NCBI RefSeq assembly: GCF_001194135.2
Contig: NC_068981.1
Span: 157,531,592 to 157,578,605, forward strand
Reading direction: 5' to 3'
DNA length: 47,014 nt
Origin: Octopus bimaculoides
Taxonomy: Eukaryota
Part shown: in pieces, positions 1 to 10,175 of the stretch
Numbering within the stretch: position 1 is the stretch's first letter
Layout: each line of letters opens with the position of its first letter
Notes under the pieces: model-generated
What the model was told of the DNA's origin: nothing
Databases searched by the model: none
Seen by the model: the letters and a program-made list of their open reading frames with translations, nothing else
Position numbers and translations under genes: made by a program

Positions 1-42
<42 letters not shown>

Positions 43-122
43 TCACTCACTCATTCACTTACTCTCTCTCTATCTCACTCGCTCTATCTATTTATCTATT
101 ATGCACATGCACACCCAAACAC
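1..122. repeat. Compound microsatellite (TA)n / (CACT)n / (CT)n / (CA)n
   Basis: Direct reading of tandem units. Confidence 0.95.
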
Positions 123-207
123 ACAGATGCACAGTATTAGCGAACTGAAAGAAGGAACAATGCTCAAAACTGGGAAGCATGATAATGGATACTTTAATGG
201 AATTTAA

Positions 208-276
208 ATGGAGAACCTAGGACCAATGGTTTCGTGTTGTGATATTTGTCAAAAATCATTCAGTCAGAAAATATAA
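208..276 (+). pseudogene. Possible C2H2 zinc-finger remnant (half finger)
   Basis: Frame from 208 reads MENLGPMVSCCDICQKSFSQKI*. CDICQKSFSQ matches the CxxC-K-x-F-S-Q half of a C2H2 finger, but no His pair follows. Confidence 0.25.
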
Positions 277-800
277 CATATCCTAAAATAGCCACCAATG
301 ATTAGTCAACAATCAGTAAAACGATCCTTCCAGAAACTCCACTCCCTTTTCTCTGTACATCAAAAGCATACATGGAAAGTATTTACATACCTTTTTCTCT
401 CTCAGCTAGGCATAACTAACTTTCTTTCAATCCTACTTATTCCTGTTATGCTGTGCATAAAATGTATATCGTTTAATTAATGCTGAGTCATGCCGTCAAG
501 ATCGAAAACATGGAAATTAAGTGATCCTATATGGTGATAACCTAATTTATTGCAGATTTATATAGGAGCCGATTATTCTATGGGAGAAAAAATCCGGGTA
601 CCTCTTCTCTGAGGAGCAGTCCATAAGGAGACACTTTTCCCTTTATGTTTTATTTTTCACGTCAAAAGCATAGAAGGAATGTCTTTACTATCATTTCTTT
701 CACAGCTAGACCGTTTAATATTTAAGGTTATTTAATTCCTTCTGATTCACGCTGAGTTAAACATAATACGCCATATATACACGCACACATACATAGAAAC

Positions 801-977
801 GTGTATGTATGTATTTATGTATGTATGTATGTATGTATGTATATGCACGCACGTAAACAACATATTATTGTATAGTGTCTCGACATGTGGCTTTATATTT
901 CTGTTAATGAAAACAACAGATACAGTTAAGTAATATCTTATATACATACATACACACATACATAGATACATACGTAC

Positions 978-1017
<40 letters not shown>

Positions 1018-1258
1018 NNNNNNNNNNNNNNNNNNNNNNNNNNNNNNNNNNNNNNNNNNNNNNNNNNNNNNNNNNNNNNNNNNNNNNNNNNNNNNNNNNN
1101 NNNNNNNNNNNNNNNNNNNNNNNNNNNNNNNNNNNNNNNNNNNNNNNNNNNNNNNNNNNNNNNNNNNNNNNNNNNNNNNNNNNNNNNNNNNNNNNNNNNN
1201 NNNNNNNNNNNNNNNNNNNNNNNNNNNNNNNNNNNNNNNNNNNNNNNNNNNNNNNNNN

Positions 1259-1299
<41 letters not shown>
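801..1299. repeat. (TATG)n and (TA)n microsatellites flanking N gap 1018-1258
   Basis: Direct reading; gap bounded by (TA)n on both sides. Confidence 0.9.
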
Positions 1300-1302
<3 letters not shown>

Positions 1303-3399
1303 GACACAGGCAGATTGTACACACAGAGTAACATTATGTGCTCCCACCATTCGCTCTGTCTTTACATAAATCCTCATTCTCAAGTACAACACATGAAAAG
1401 GTCAGTTGTCATAAGTCTGTGACAAAACTATCTACCTTGATATTTATACTGTAAGCAAAAAATTAGGTATTTTTTTAAAGACATCTGCCCCTTATCTGTC
1501 ATTTTACCATATGTCTGTCTGTGTGTCTGTCCGTCTGTCTTTCTGTGTAACTATCTATCTCTCTATCAGTCGTCTTTATGTCTGATTGCCTGGTCGATTG
1601 TATAGAAACTAAAAGTCAAACGTTATTGGGACACATTATTCTTCCCCTCAAGACTGTCGTATTTAATTTACCTATAATTTATCTTGATTCCATCCAGCAG
1701 CATCTTTGGAAACTGATAGCAAAGACTTAGACAACCACGTCCAGTAACAATGACAAAGAAATTATTTCGCTGTAGGAATGTCAGCTAGTTATGACCCTTT
1801 TGTCTCAGATACAGAAACTGATAAACAACGAAACTTGTAGAGAATCAAATATGTTATGTCGTGAGCTAAAAAGGATCTTTATTAAAAAGTATAATTAAAA
1901 GATGTAATATTGACAAATTACACACGTTTTTGACGTACTAAAGGAAGAATGTTTTTGATGCAAAACGTGTTATTCTTTGTAATATGCACACTGAACTGTT
2001 ATTTTAAGTTTTAGCAAACAGCGGTTCACATCAATGGATGGATTTAATTTTTAAGTTCTTATATTTGAAGAAAGAGAGGCGTAGTGTTTAAGACATTTTT
2101 TTTAGGTATTTGAAAAGAAAAAAAAAATCATTTAAGTATTTGAAATTAAATCACGAACTTATTTGTATCAAAATGCAACTTTTAAGTGCTTCTTGCTTCT
2201 CTATACACAGTAAATGTACAGCCTGTCTAGGTGTTTAGTCATTTCATATGATTTAGTACATCATTGCAAGACTGAACCCAGTAGTTCCTTGGAATACCTC
2301 TAACCATTTTAACTTCTCCAGATGTATGAGAAGTTTGCAATTGAGCAATTACACAGGGCTCAACAACTTACTAGTTGGTTGTTAGATTTAATATAAGTTA
2401 GTTGGAACCCGAGTTTAGATTCATAGTTGTATCCAGGAAGTTGGCAAACATTAGACCGTCATCCCCATAATTAGTAAAATATTTTCAGGTGGACAGAGTG
2501 TTTGATAATTGTGTGCATTTTTCAGAGATTTAACATAACATGGCTATAGATTATCAATTGATAACTCTAAGGTCAATCGACTGTGACACATACACATGGT
2601 AATTAGCACTGCAAATTGAGTTAAAAGCCTAAAAGATCTGTAAAATAGATTCTGGCTTAGTTGTTTGATAGGGTTAATAAATAAATCTTCCTGTATTCCA
2701 GCTGTCACACTGAACCAATACTTGCTGACTTGTATAATGAGACTAACTAAACTTAAAGCTCTTAGACAACTTCCTGTCTCCTGCTGCGGTGCCTGCCGTT
2801 TGGTGGCTTAGTCTGTCTTAATTGAGTGATTAACGGATTTCTTTATAATTTATTATCTCATTTAATGACATTGATCCTTGAGATAAAGTTGAAGCCTTAG
2901 AGAAGCTGAGGAAAATGAACTCAAGAGAGGGAATAAGTGTTTTGGTTCAGTCAATTTGTTCATGGTTATTTTCAGACTAAAATGAACGAAGTTTTAATGT
3001 TTATGGTAATACGAAGACTTCGTGTTGTGTAGCAACAGCTGAGTGATAAGATACTGAATCTGTGCATGGGATCGTTATTCGGATAATATCAATGGTGCTA
3101 TTAGATGTCCTAACGCAGAGAAGTCGTTTTCTAGCTTAGAGACTAGAAATACATGCTTTATTTGCACATTGAAAATGTATCCTATATACCGTATCATTAT
3201 AAGATGTATATCTCTAAATAAGTTTGTAGTGACAAATCGAACGCAGATATAACTTCATTGAGAGATTTCTGGTAATTTCTAGTTTATTTTACCATATACC
3301 TCTATATCAATAGTTTGCATCTTTTTCTGGTGGACACTATAGTAGCAGTTTTCTTTTAAACATTAAGATGATAAAATACCATTTACTACATTAAATGAT

Positions 3400-3580
3400 A
3401 TTAGATTAGATGAAAACCTATTATCAAAAGACGAGGCCATGTAGATTTTTGTGGGATGGGAGGCATAATATAAGACCATACTATTCATAGTACCCTTCAT
3501 GTTTCATAAGACGATAGAGTATGATTTGAGGATGATTTGGTTGGTATTTCTAGTAAGTTATTCAACCGCGTCGAGTCTAT
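3400..3580 (-). mobile_element. Old dispersed repeat family D, diverged copy
   Basis: AAGACGATAGAGTATGATTTGAGGATGATTTGGTTGGTATTTCTAG matches the reverse complement of copies at 18960, 19128 and 22170. Confidence 0.6.
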
Positions 3581-3807
3581 CTCACTGGTTTTAGATGCAA
3601 TATTATAGTTGAATCGTACTTTCTTATCCAGGGTCGATGAAAAAAGTACCATTCAAAAAATGAGTTGATTTAATCAACTATATCATTCACCTAAATTAAT
3701 GCATACTTACATCTATACATACACACACATATATACATATATGTATGTATATATGAATACATACGTATATACATATACTTACATACATACATACATACAT
3801 ACATACA

Positions 3808-3997
3808 TGATGGCTACCTCCTCGTTATCGAGTATGGCCATTGCACGAAGCTTAACTTAATGGTGCTGTGATCAAATGTGACTTTTTAGCCCAGCCAAAG
3901 ATCTACAATGTCTTGCACAGAGTTGGCACCCAAAACCTTCACTGGCAATAGCTGGCTGTTGTTGTAACTGGGCTCCATGTACCTTTGCGTGTCGTTT
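3808..3997 (-). mobile_element. 5'-truncated RTE-type LINE 3' end (ORF2 C-terminal zinc finger, 3'UTR, (TATG)n tail)
   Basis: Minus strand reads KRHAKVHGAQLQQQPAIASEGFGCQLCARHCRSLAGLKSHI*SQHH* (C-X2-C-X12-H-X4-H if TGA at 3872-3874 was CGA). Short 3'UTR has a CTCG-ATAA-CGAG stem-loop and ends GTAGCCATCA before the tandem tail. Confidence 0.75.
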
Positions 3998-4129
3998 ATA
4001 TACATACATACATACATACATACATACATACATGCATACATACATACATATATAGTAAAACACAGTGTACATCCCGTGGGGACTGGTAAATCTAAAGTTT
4101 CGAACAGTCATTCTTCAGAGGGGAATTAA

Positions 4130-4385
4130 AGAGAGACGGCAAGAAATAGAAAAAGAAAAAAAAAACTGGCTGCAACTGCTAAGGTACACATAACTACGGA
4201 GACTTCATGCATGGTCAGAAAGTAGTAGGGGAGAGAAATCGTGTGAGAAAGGTAAAAGAAAGAGGAATGAAATGTGTAGAAGCGGTAAAGATAAGAAAGA
4301 AGTGAAGAGAAAAAAGGTGAGAAGGAGAGAGAAGAGTTGAAGGATAAGATTGAACTAAGAGTAGGTGTAAGAGTAGAAGGGAAAC
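4130..4385 (+). repeat. Purine-rich (GA/GAA) low-complexity tract
   Basis: Strong A/G bias with no fixed unit. Confidence 0.8.
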
Positions 4386-4744
4386 GTGTTGCTGTAAATA
4401 CGTTAAAATAGTATTTGAAATTACAGGAACCCGTTTTGGTTCAAATATATTTCTCTTTAGTATATGGTATAATAAACAAGTATTTGCAAGATTGGTAAGC
4501 AAGATTGCACTATTGGTAAGCACTTGCAAAATGGTATGTGCCAGTGTACTCTGCTACACTTCGAATCTAAGATTTTTGTAGAAAACAAGCAGATAGCAAA
4601 TCGATCGTTCACTTAATCAGTTTCGTTTCAATCAATGGGTATTATCTAAATACCTCTATATCACAGATATCTCCTTTTAATAATATTCATTGAACGCTAA
4701 CTTGAATACATTGATACATTACATTGATTTAAATGTGTTGTTTA

Positions 4745-4905
4745 CAGGCGTGGACTTTGCGGTAAGTAGCTTGCTTACCAACGACATTGTTCCGAGTTCA
4801 ATCCCATTGAGTGGCGTCTTGGCAAGTGTCTTCCACTTTAGCCTCGGTCCAACCAAAGCCTTGTAAGTGGATTTAGTAGACGAAAACTGAAAGAAGCCCT
4901 CGCGT
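4745..4905 (+). mobile_element. SINE family A, 5' half (tRNA-like head plus body to ...GAAAGAAGCCC)
   Basis: Matches copies at 5846, 12692, 15081 and the reverse complement of 30980-31144; followed by (TA)n and a gap. Confidence 0.85.
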
Positions 4906-4978
4906 ATATATATATATATATATATNNNNNNNNNNNNNNNNNNNNNNNNNNNNNNNNNNNNNNNNNNNNNNNNNNNNN

Positions 4979-5052
4979 CATGAACACACCGACATCGGTT
5001 TTCAGCTGATGGTGGGGGGACAACCACAGACACACACACAAATTTACACACG

Positions 5053-5088
<36 letters not shown>

Positions 5089-5248
5089 AACACATACACA
5101 CACCTATACATTTATACACAAACGCACACATACGCATACACACAAACATGCTAATAGGGCAATACATATAAACGTAAATGAACTTACACATATACACATA
5201 CAGATATATGCATATATATTTATATATGCATATACATATATATATATA
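4979..5248. other. Probable assembly duplication
   Basis: 4979-5147 is identical to 5438-5606 and 5108-5248 to 5617-5757; the block is bounded by N gaps. Confidence 0.8.
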
Positions 5249-5258
5249 NNNNNNNNNN

Positions 5259-5380
5259 GTGTGTGTGTGTGTGTGTGTGTGTGTGTCTGTCTGTCTGTCC
5301 CTCCACCAGTGCCATCGCTTGACAACCGATACTGGTGTGTCTAACTCCCGTAACTTAGCGGTTCGGCAAATGAGATCTAT
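5259..5380 (+). mobile_element. SINE A 3' half, tail missing
   Basis: (GT)n then CCATCGCTTGACAACCGAT...GTAACTTAGCGGTTCGGCAAA. Confidence 0.85.
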
Positions 5381-5500
5381 CAAGCCTCGTACTTATCCTA
5401 TCGGTTTTTTTTTTGCCGAACCACTAAGTTACGGGGACATGAACACACCGACATCGGTTTTCAGCTGATGGTGGGGGGACAACCACAGACACACACACAA
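5381..5500 (-). mobile_element. SINE A 3' half, inverted, tail missing
   Basis: AAGCCTCGTACTTATCCTATCGG...TTTGCCGAACCACTAAGTTACGGGGAC is the reverse complement of the family-A 3' half. Confidence 0.85.
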
Positions 5501-5511
5501 ATTTACACACG

Positions 5512-5547
<36 letters not shown>

Positions 5548-5845
5548 AACACATACACACACCTATACATTTATACACAAACGCACACATACGCATACAC
5601 ACAAACNNNNNNNNNNACATTTATACACAAACGCACACATACGCATACACACAAACATGCTAATAGGGCAATACATATAAACGTAAATGAACTTACACAT
5701 ATACACATACAGATATATGCATATATATTTATATATGCATATACATATATATATATATATTTATATACATACATACGTACATACATACATACATACGTAC
5801 GTACATACATACATACATATATATTTATGTCTACATACATAGGTG

Positions 5846-5976
5846 CAGGAGTGGCTGTGTGGTAGGAAGCTTGGTTTCAAACCACATGGTTCCGGATTCA
5901 GTCCCACTGCGTGGCACCTCGGGCCAACCAAAAGCCTTGTGAGTGGATTTGGTAGACGGAAACTGAAAGAAGCCTG

Positions 5977-6037
<61 letters not shown>

Positions 6038-6265
6038 AATATACATATATGTATATATTTGCGTGTGTGTGCTTGTCCCGCCCCATCGCTTGACAACCGA
6101 TGATAGCATGTTTACGTCCCGCAACTTAGTGGTTCGCCAAAAAGACCGACAGAATAAGTACTAGGCTTACAAATAGTAAGTCCTGGGTTCGATTTGTTCA
6201 ACTAAAGGCGGTGCTTCAGCATGGCCACAGTCAAATAACTGAAGCAAGTAAAAGAATAAAAGAAT
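5846..6265 (+). mobile_element. SINE A, near full length, with internal (CA)n and an internal deletion
   Basis: Head GGAGTGGCTGTGTGGTAGG...GGATTCAGTCCC; tail (TAAAAGAA)2. The segment between the two CCT(T/C)GGGC motifs present in the 12692 copy is absent. Confidence 0.9.
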
Positions 6266-7204
6266 ATATATACTTGTAAATATATATGCAAATTTTCATA
6301 TATTCATCTATACATATATGTATATATATATATATGTATGTATATGTGTATATATCCTACATACACACACACATGCATGCCTACATACATACATACATAC
6401 ATACATACATACATACATACATACATACATACATACATACATACTTATGTCTACATAGGTGGTTGTGTATGAGCATATGTGAGTACTTTTAGTTTTAGAA
6501 ACTATCGTAATATGTAGTATATTCATGCTATGTTTTCACATTAGTATCCGGTGTGTACTAATGCGAGGAGGTGAAAGATGAGATGTCAGTGTTCGACAGT
6601 AAAACCACTATGAAAAATAAATATAAAACTTCAGTTAATACGCATTCATACAAATTATACACACACACACATACTGCACACAAAAATACATATAGAAATA
6701 TGTAGGAAAGTATATATAAAATATATTTTCTTTAATGTATGCACTCTGGTTTTATACACGCACACACACACGCACGCACGCACACAAACACACGCACGCA
6801 CACATTCTCTCTCTCTCTCACACACATACGCACACAACATTTATGTATGTGTGAATGAATTTATGTATGCATATATTTAAGCATTGTATTAATTTTCATA
6901 AAGTATTTCAGTGATGTTTTTCCGTCTGTTTCTAAGTTATGTAATATCTATTAAAGAAGGACGAACCAGATTTCTGGAAGGCGGCTTAGAGTCAGACTAA
7001 TGACATTAACATTAATAATTTGCAATTCTATGTTTGAACACATAAACAGAGAAAAATATTAAAGACGTTTTAGCTTGCGAACAATTTCTTCTTGTTTACA
7101 TATTGCTGCTGTTTTTGGTGGTGGTTATATCATGCTGTTGAAGCTGTTGTTCTTGCTTCTCTTGTAGCTATCATTTCTGTCGGTAATTCTAATATATTTG
7201 TAAC

Positions 7205-7368
7205 AGTTTAATACCAGGACGGTTCCTACTGAGAAGAGCTTTGGTCAAAGGCTTTTCAAACATAATCTAGTCGTTTTTAGTTAGATATACGTTTCCTTCT
7301 TTAAGACGGTAGAGTTTGCTTGAAGGGATAGTTAACTGTTACTGTTAAGAGTAAAGAAGCCATGTAGA
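7205..7368 (-). mobile_element. Repeat family D copy
   Basis: GGTCAAAGGC...CCTTCTTTAAGACGGTAGAGTTTGCTTGAAGGG motif chain. Confidence 0.55.
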
Positions 7369-7512
7369 GTATTTCCTATTCGCCTTAGTATGGTTTAATG
7401 TACGAAAATAGCAGCGGACTGGGATAAACAGCTTCTCCTTTGTTCGTCAGTGACTCCAGAATGGCGCGTCGCGTTACTTTGGTCTGCTGCAAGATGTCGC
7501 GAGGTGAGCTTC

Positions 7513-7729
7513 AATAATAAATCTTTCAACTATAGGCACAAAGCCTGAAGTTTAGGGGGAAGTGGGCAAGTCGATTACATCGACTCCAATACTTGACTGG
7601 TATTTATTTTATCAAACCTACAACGCTGAAGGCAAAGTTGATCTTGGCGGCATTTGAACTCAAAACGTAAAGCCAGAAAAAAAAAAATCGCTAAGCATTC
7701 TGTCCAGCACTTTGCCAGCTCGTCGCCTT
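7513..7729 (-). mobile_element. SINE family B, tail type 1 (...TTGTGCCTATAGT...(ATT)n)
   Basis: Reverse complement of 31715-31910 and 38788-38984; head AAGGCGACGAGCTGGCAAAG. Confidence 0.85.
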
Positions 7730-7960
7730 GAGCCTCAAAAATAATAAATTTATACACTTGAAATACAAAGTGAAATATAAAGGTATCGTGTCATCTAAAC
7801 AAAACTCAAAGTGGAAAATGGTATTGTACTTCGAGCCTTCCCAGTAATTCACAGTCATTTGTGTACAAATATTTTATTGGCAAAAATTTATAATCTTATT
7901 AAGAGAAAACATTGCAAAGAATTTTTTAAATCTGAATTTGTACGTTCCTCAAAAGCAACT

Positions 7961-8197
7961 AGGATTAATATTGGCTTCAGATTTTAGCACAAAGCCAGCA
8001 AGTTTGGGGAAGGGAGTAAGTCGATTACATCGACCACAGTAATTAACAGGTACTTATTTTATCGATTCCGAGAGATGAAAAATCAAGTCGGCTAACCTCC
8101 TCCCACTAAATTTCGTTTGAACGCAGAACGTGAAGACGGACGAAATACCGTAAAGGATTTTGCCTGGCGTGCTAGCGATTCTACCAGTTCACCGCCC
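7961..8197 (-). mobile_element. SINE family B, tail type 2 (...GCTGGCTTTGTGCTAAAATCTGAAGCC)
   Basis: Same head and core (GTCGATTACATCGAC, GGTACTTATTTTATCGA) with a different 3' end. Confidence 0.85.
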
Positions 8198-8281
8198 TTC
8201 ACTACGATTAATATTGATAAACTGAAATCACTCAATCTCCATTGCTGCAAAACTCGTTTAAATTTGTTTTCATTGGATTAG

Positions 8282-8331
8282 ATATGAAGATCAATATTTG
8301 CCACTGGATTGCATGGAGAGAGAATTTCGAG
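8282..8331 (+). other. Candidate 50-nt exon, unverified
   Basis: AG at 8280-8281 after a T-rich stretch; strong donor GAG|GTAAGC. Two frames are open (YEDQYLPLDCMEREFR or MKINICHWIAWRENFE). No homology recognised. Confidence 0.2.
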
Positions 8332-8674
8332 GTAAGCTGATTAGAAAAGGTATCAGTCATAGTATTTATTAGGAGGACGTAATTATTTTAAATCTACCGA
8401 ATTGCAGAAACTTAATTCTGTATTAAAAGCACTGCACAGCGTGAGTGTGTAACAGAGGGTTATCGAATATATCAATGAAAACAGCCTCACATATGAAAAG
8501 CTTTTGAAAGGGCCCAGATCACTTTTATTGTGACACTGAAATAATTGCACTAAAATATAAAACCATGCACTTCAGCCAAATTAGTTATTTTAATCGCATG
8601 CAGAAAGTTGGTTGAAACCATATTATTAAATGACGCTCCAAGTAACTCCAAGTTAGGCTTAATTAAGCAGATTT

Positions 8675-8790
8675 ATATCAAGGAATCCATATCACGCTGT
8701 TTATGCTTCTTTAATTAAGACTTAGAGTGATGTTTGGGAAAGAATTGGATGCTATTTCTGGCTAGTCGAGAGCTTCATGCAGATTCCTTA
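8675..8790 (-). mobile_element. Repeat family D, 5' part
   Basis: AAGACTTAGAGTGATGTTTGGGAAAGAATTGGATGCTATTTCTGGCTAGTCGAG. Confidence 0.6.
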
Positions 8791-10009
8791 TTTTATACTA
8801 AAGACAACTGTAAATACCGTTGATACTAGAGTGAAGGTGAAAGAGTCAACAGACGACTGCACATAGTGCTTATTTTGTATAATTTGGTATCTCAATGTCC
8901 GTAGTTCAAATTTTTCTGAAGTTCATTTTTACCTCCTTTATTCTTAGTAGAACCGTTAAAATGAGCAATAGCAATATATTTTGGTGTGAGAACGGATGGA
9001 AGAGTCGTTCGGATACCGTTAAACAACTAAATCGCTTATTAACCAAAACAACCTTCAACTGACGAATCCATCATTCTCTAAGTGGGTGGCTGCTGGAATC
9101 TCTATGGAATTGAAGAGTGACTTGTTAACTTCAGTTCATCCCAGAGGAAAAGCTACCCGCAAAAGACCACCTTGCTATCTCAGGAAACATTAATGTTTCG
9201 CTAAATGGAGATAGCTAATGGTCCTATGGATCCTGGTACTTAAAAAAGGAAAATGTTTAATAGATTTCGGTTTAATGGTAGATCCACACACAGAAAAAAA
9301 AAGGTAAAGAAAACTCCTTCCCGTTGTTCAGAGTCTGCAATTCCCAGTTGAAATCGTTCACTTCTTGCCTCCTTGCTGCTGAGAAAAAGTTTGAATATCA
9401 CAACTTCCTATTTCCTATACCCTGGCACAATATTATTTTTTTTCTTGTGTTTTCGCAGTAAATCGCAATTGGCATTTTGTTTTTCCTGCATAATTTAATG
9501 TATTTGTTGGCGTTAATACTGATGATGTTTATAGTGTTATTAGTACTACATTAAGTGTATTTTCTAATTTTCTTTATTCCCCTCTTCCTCCTCATCATTA
9601 CCATCTCTGAAGCCGAACATGTATCCATTTTTTTTTTCTTTTCTGGGTGCATCTAGCCTTCGGTGTCACGAAGAAATGACAACCCCAGAAGGAAAGGACT
9701 GAAGAGACATGATACCATAATGATGAGAAAGGTTAACTAGATATACCAATAACAGTGTCTGAAGATAGGCGTCAGTCTGCTGAATTCATTAATAACTGTC
9801 ACGGTTATACTTAGGTTAATGTCGGAAATCATTATCTCAACAGTTTACTTACTTATTACTTCTATTCTACCTGGGTAATATGGAACAGCTTCAGGGTGCA
9901 CAATGCGTGGGTATATAAATTTATAACTCCTGCTCAATAGAAAGCACTAAGAGTTCTCAGTTGCTAATACATGAATGCATACGCATATTTGTGTATGTAT
10001 ACATATAAA

Positions 10010-10175
10010 GGCAAGCATGAGTGAGTGGTTCAGAAATTACTTTCGTAATAATGAATTCATAGGTTCGATCCTACAGCGTAGCATCTTGGATAAATGTCAT
10101 TTAGCATAGCTTCGAATAGACACGCGCCTTGTTGGTGAAATTGTGCAGATGAAAATGTGTGAAAGCCTGTTGGAT
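10010..10175 (+). mobile_element. Old SINE A-like 5' half
   Basis: AGGTTCGATCC box-B-like motif, CATCTTGGATAAATGTC, GCCTTGTTGGTGAAATTG...GAAAGCCTGTTG. Confidence 0.55.

Noticed and set aside
1815-1845. CTGATAA...CGAAACTTGTA hammerhead-like string
   Set aside because: No stem II and no stem I pairing.
2322-2396. Strong acceptor followed by MYEKFAIEQLHRAQQLTSWLLDLI*
   Set aside because: Stops in all frames, no good donor, no homology.
4081-4125. Minus-strand CTGAAGA-N10-GAAAC
   Set aside because: Spacing is hammerhead-like, but stems I-III cannot be formed.
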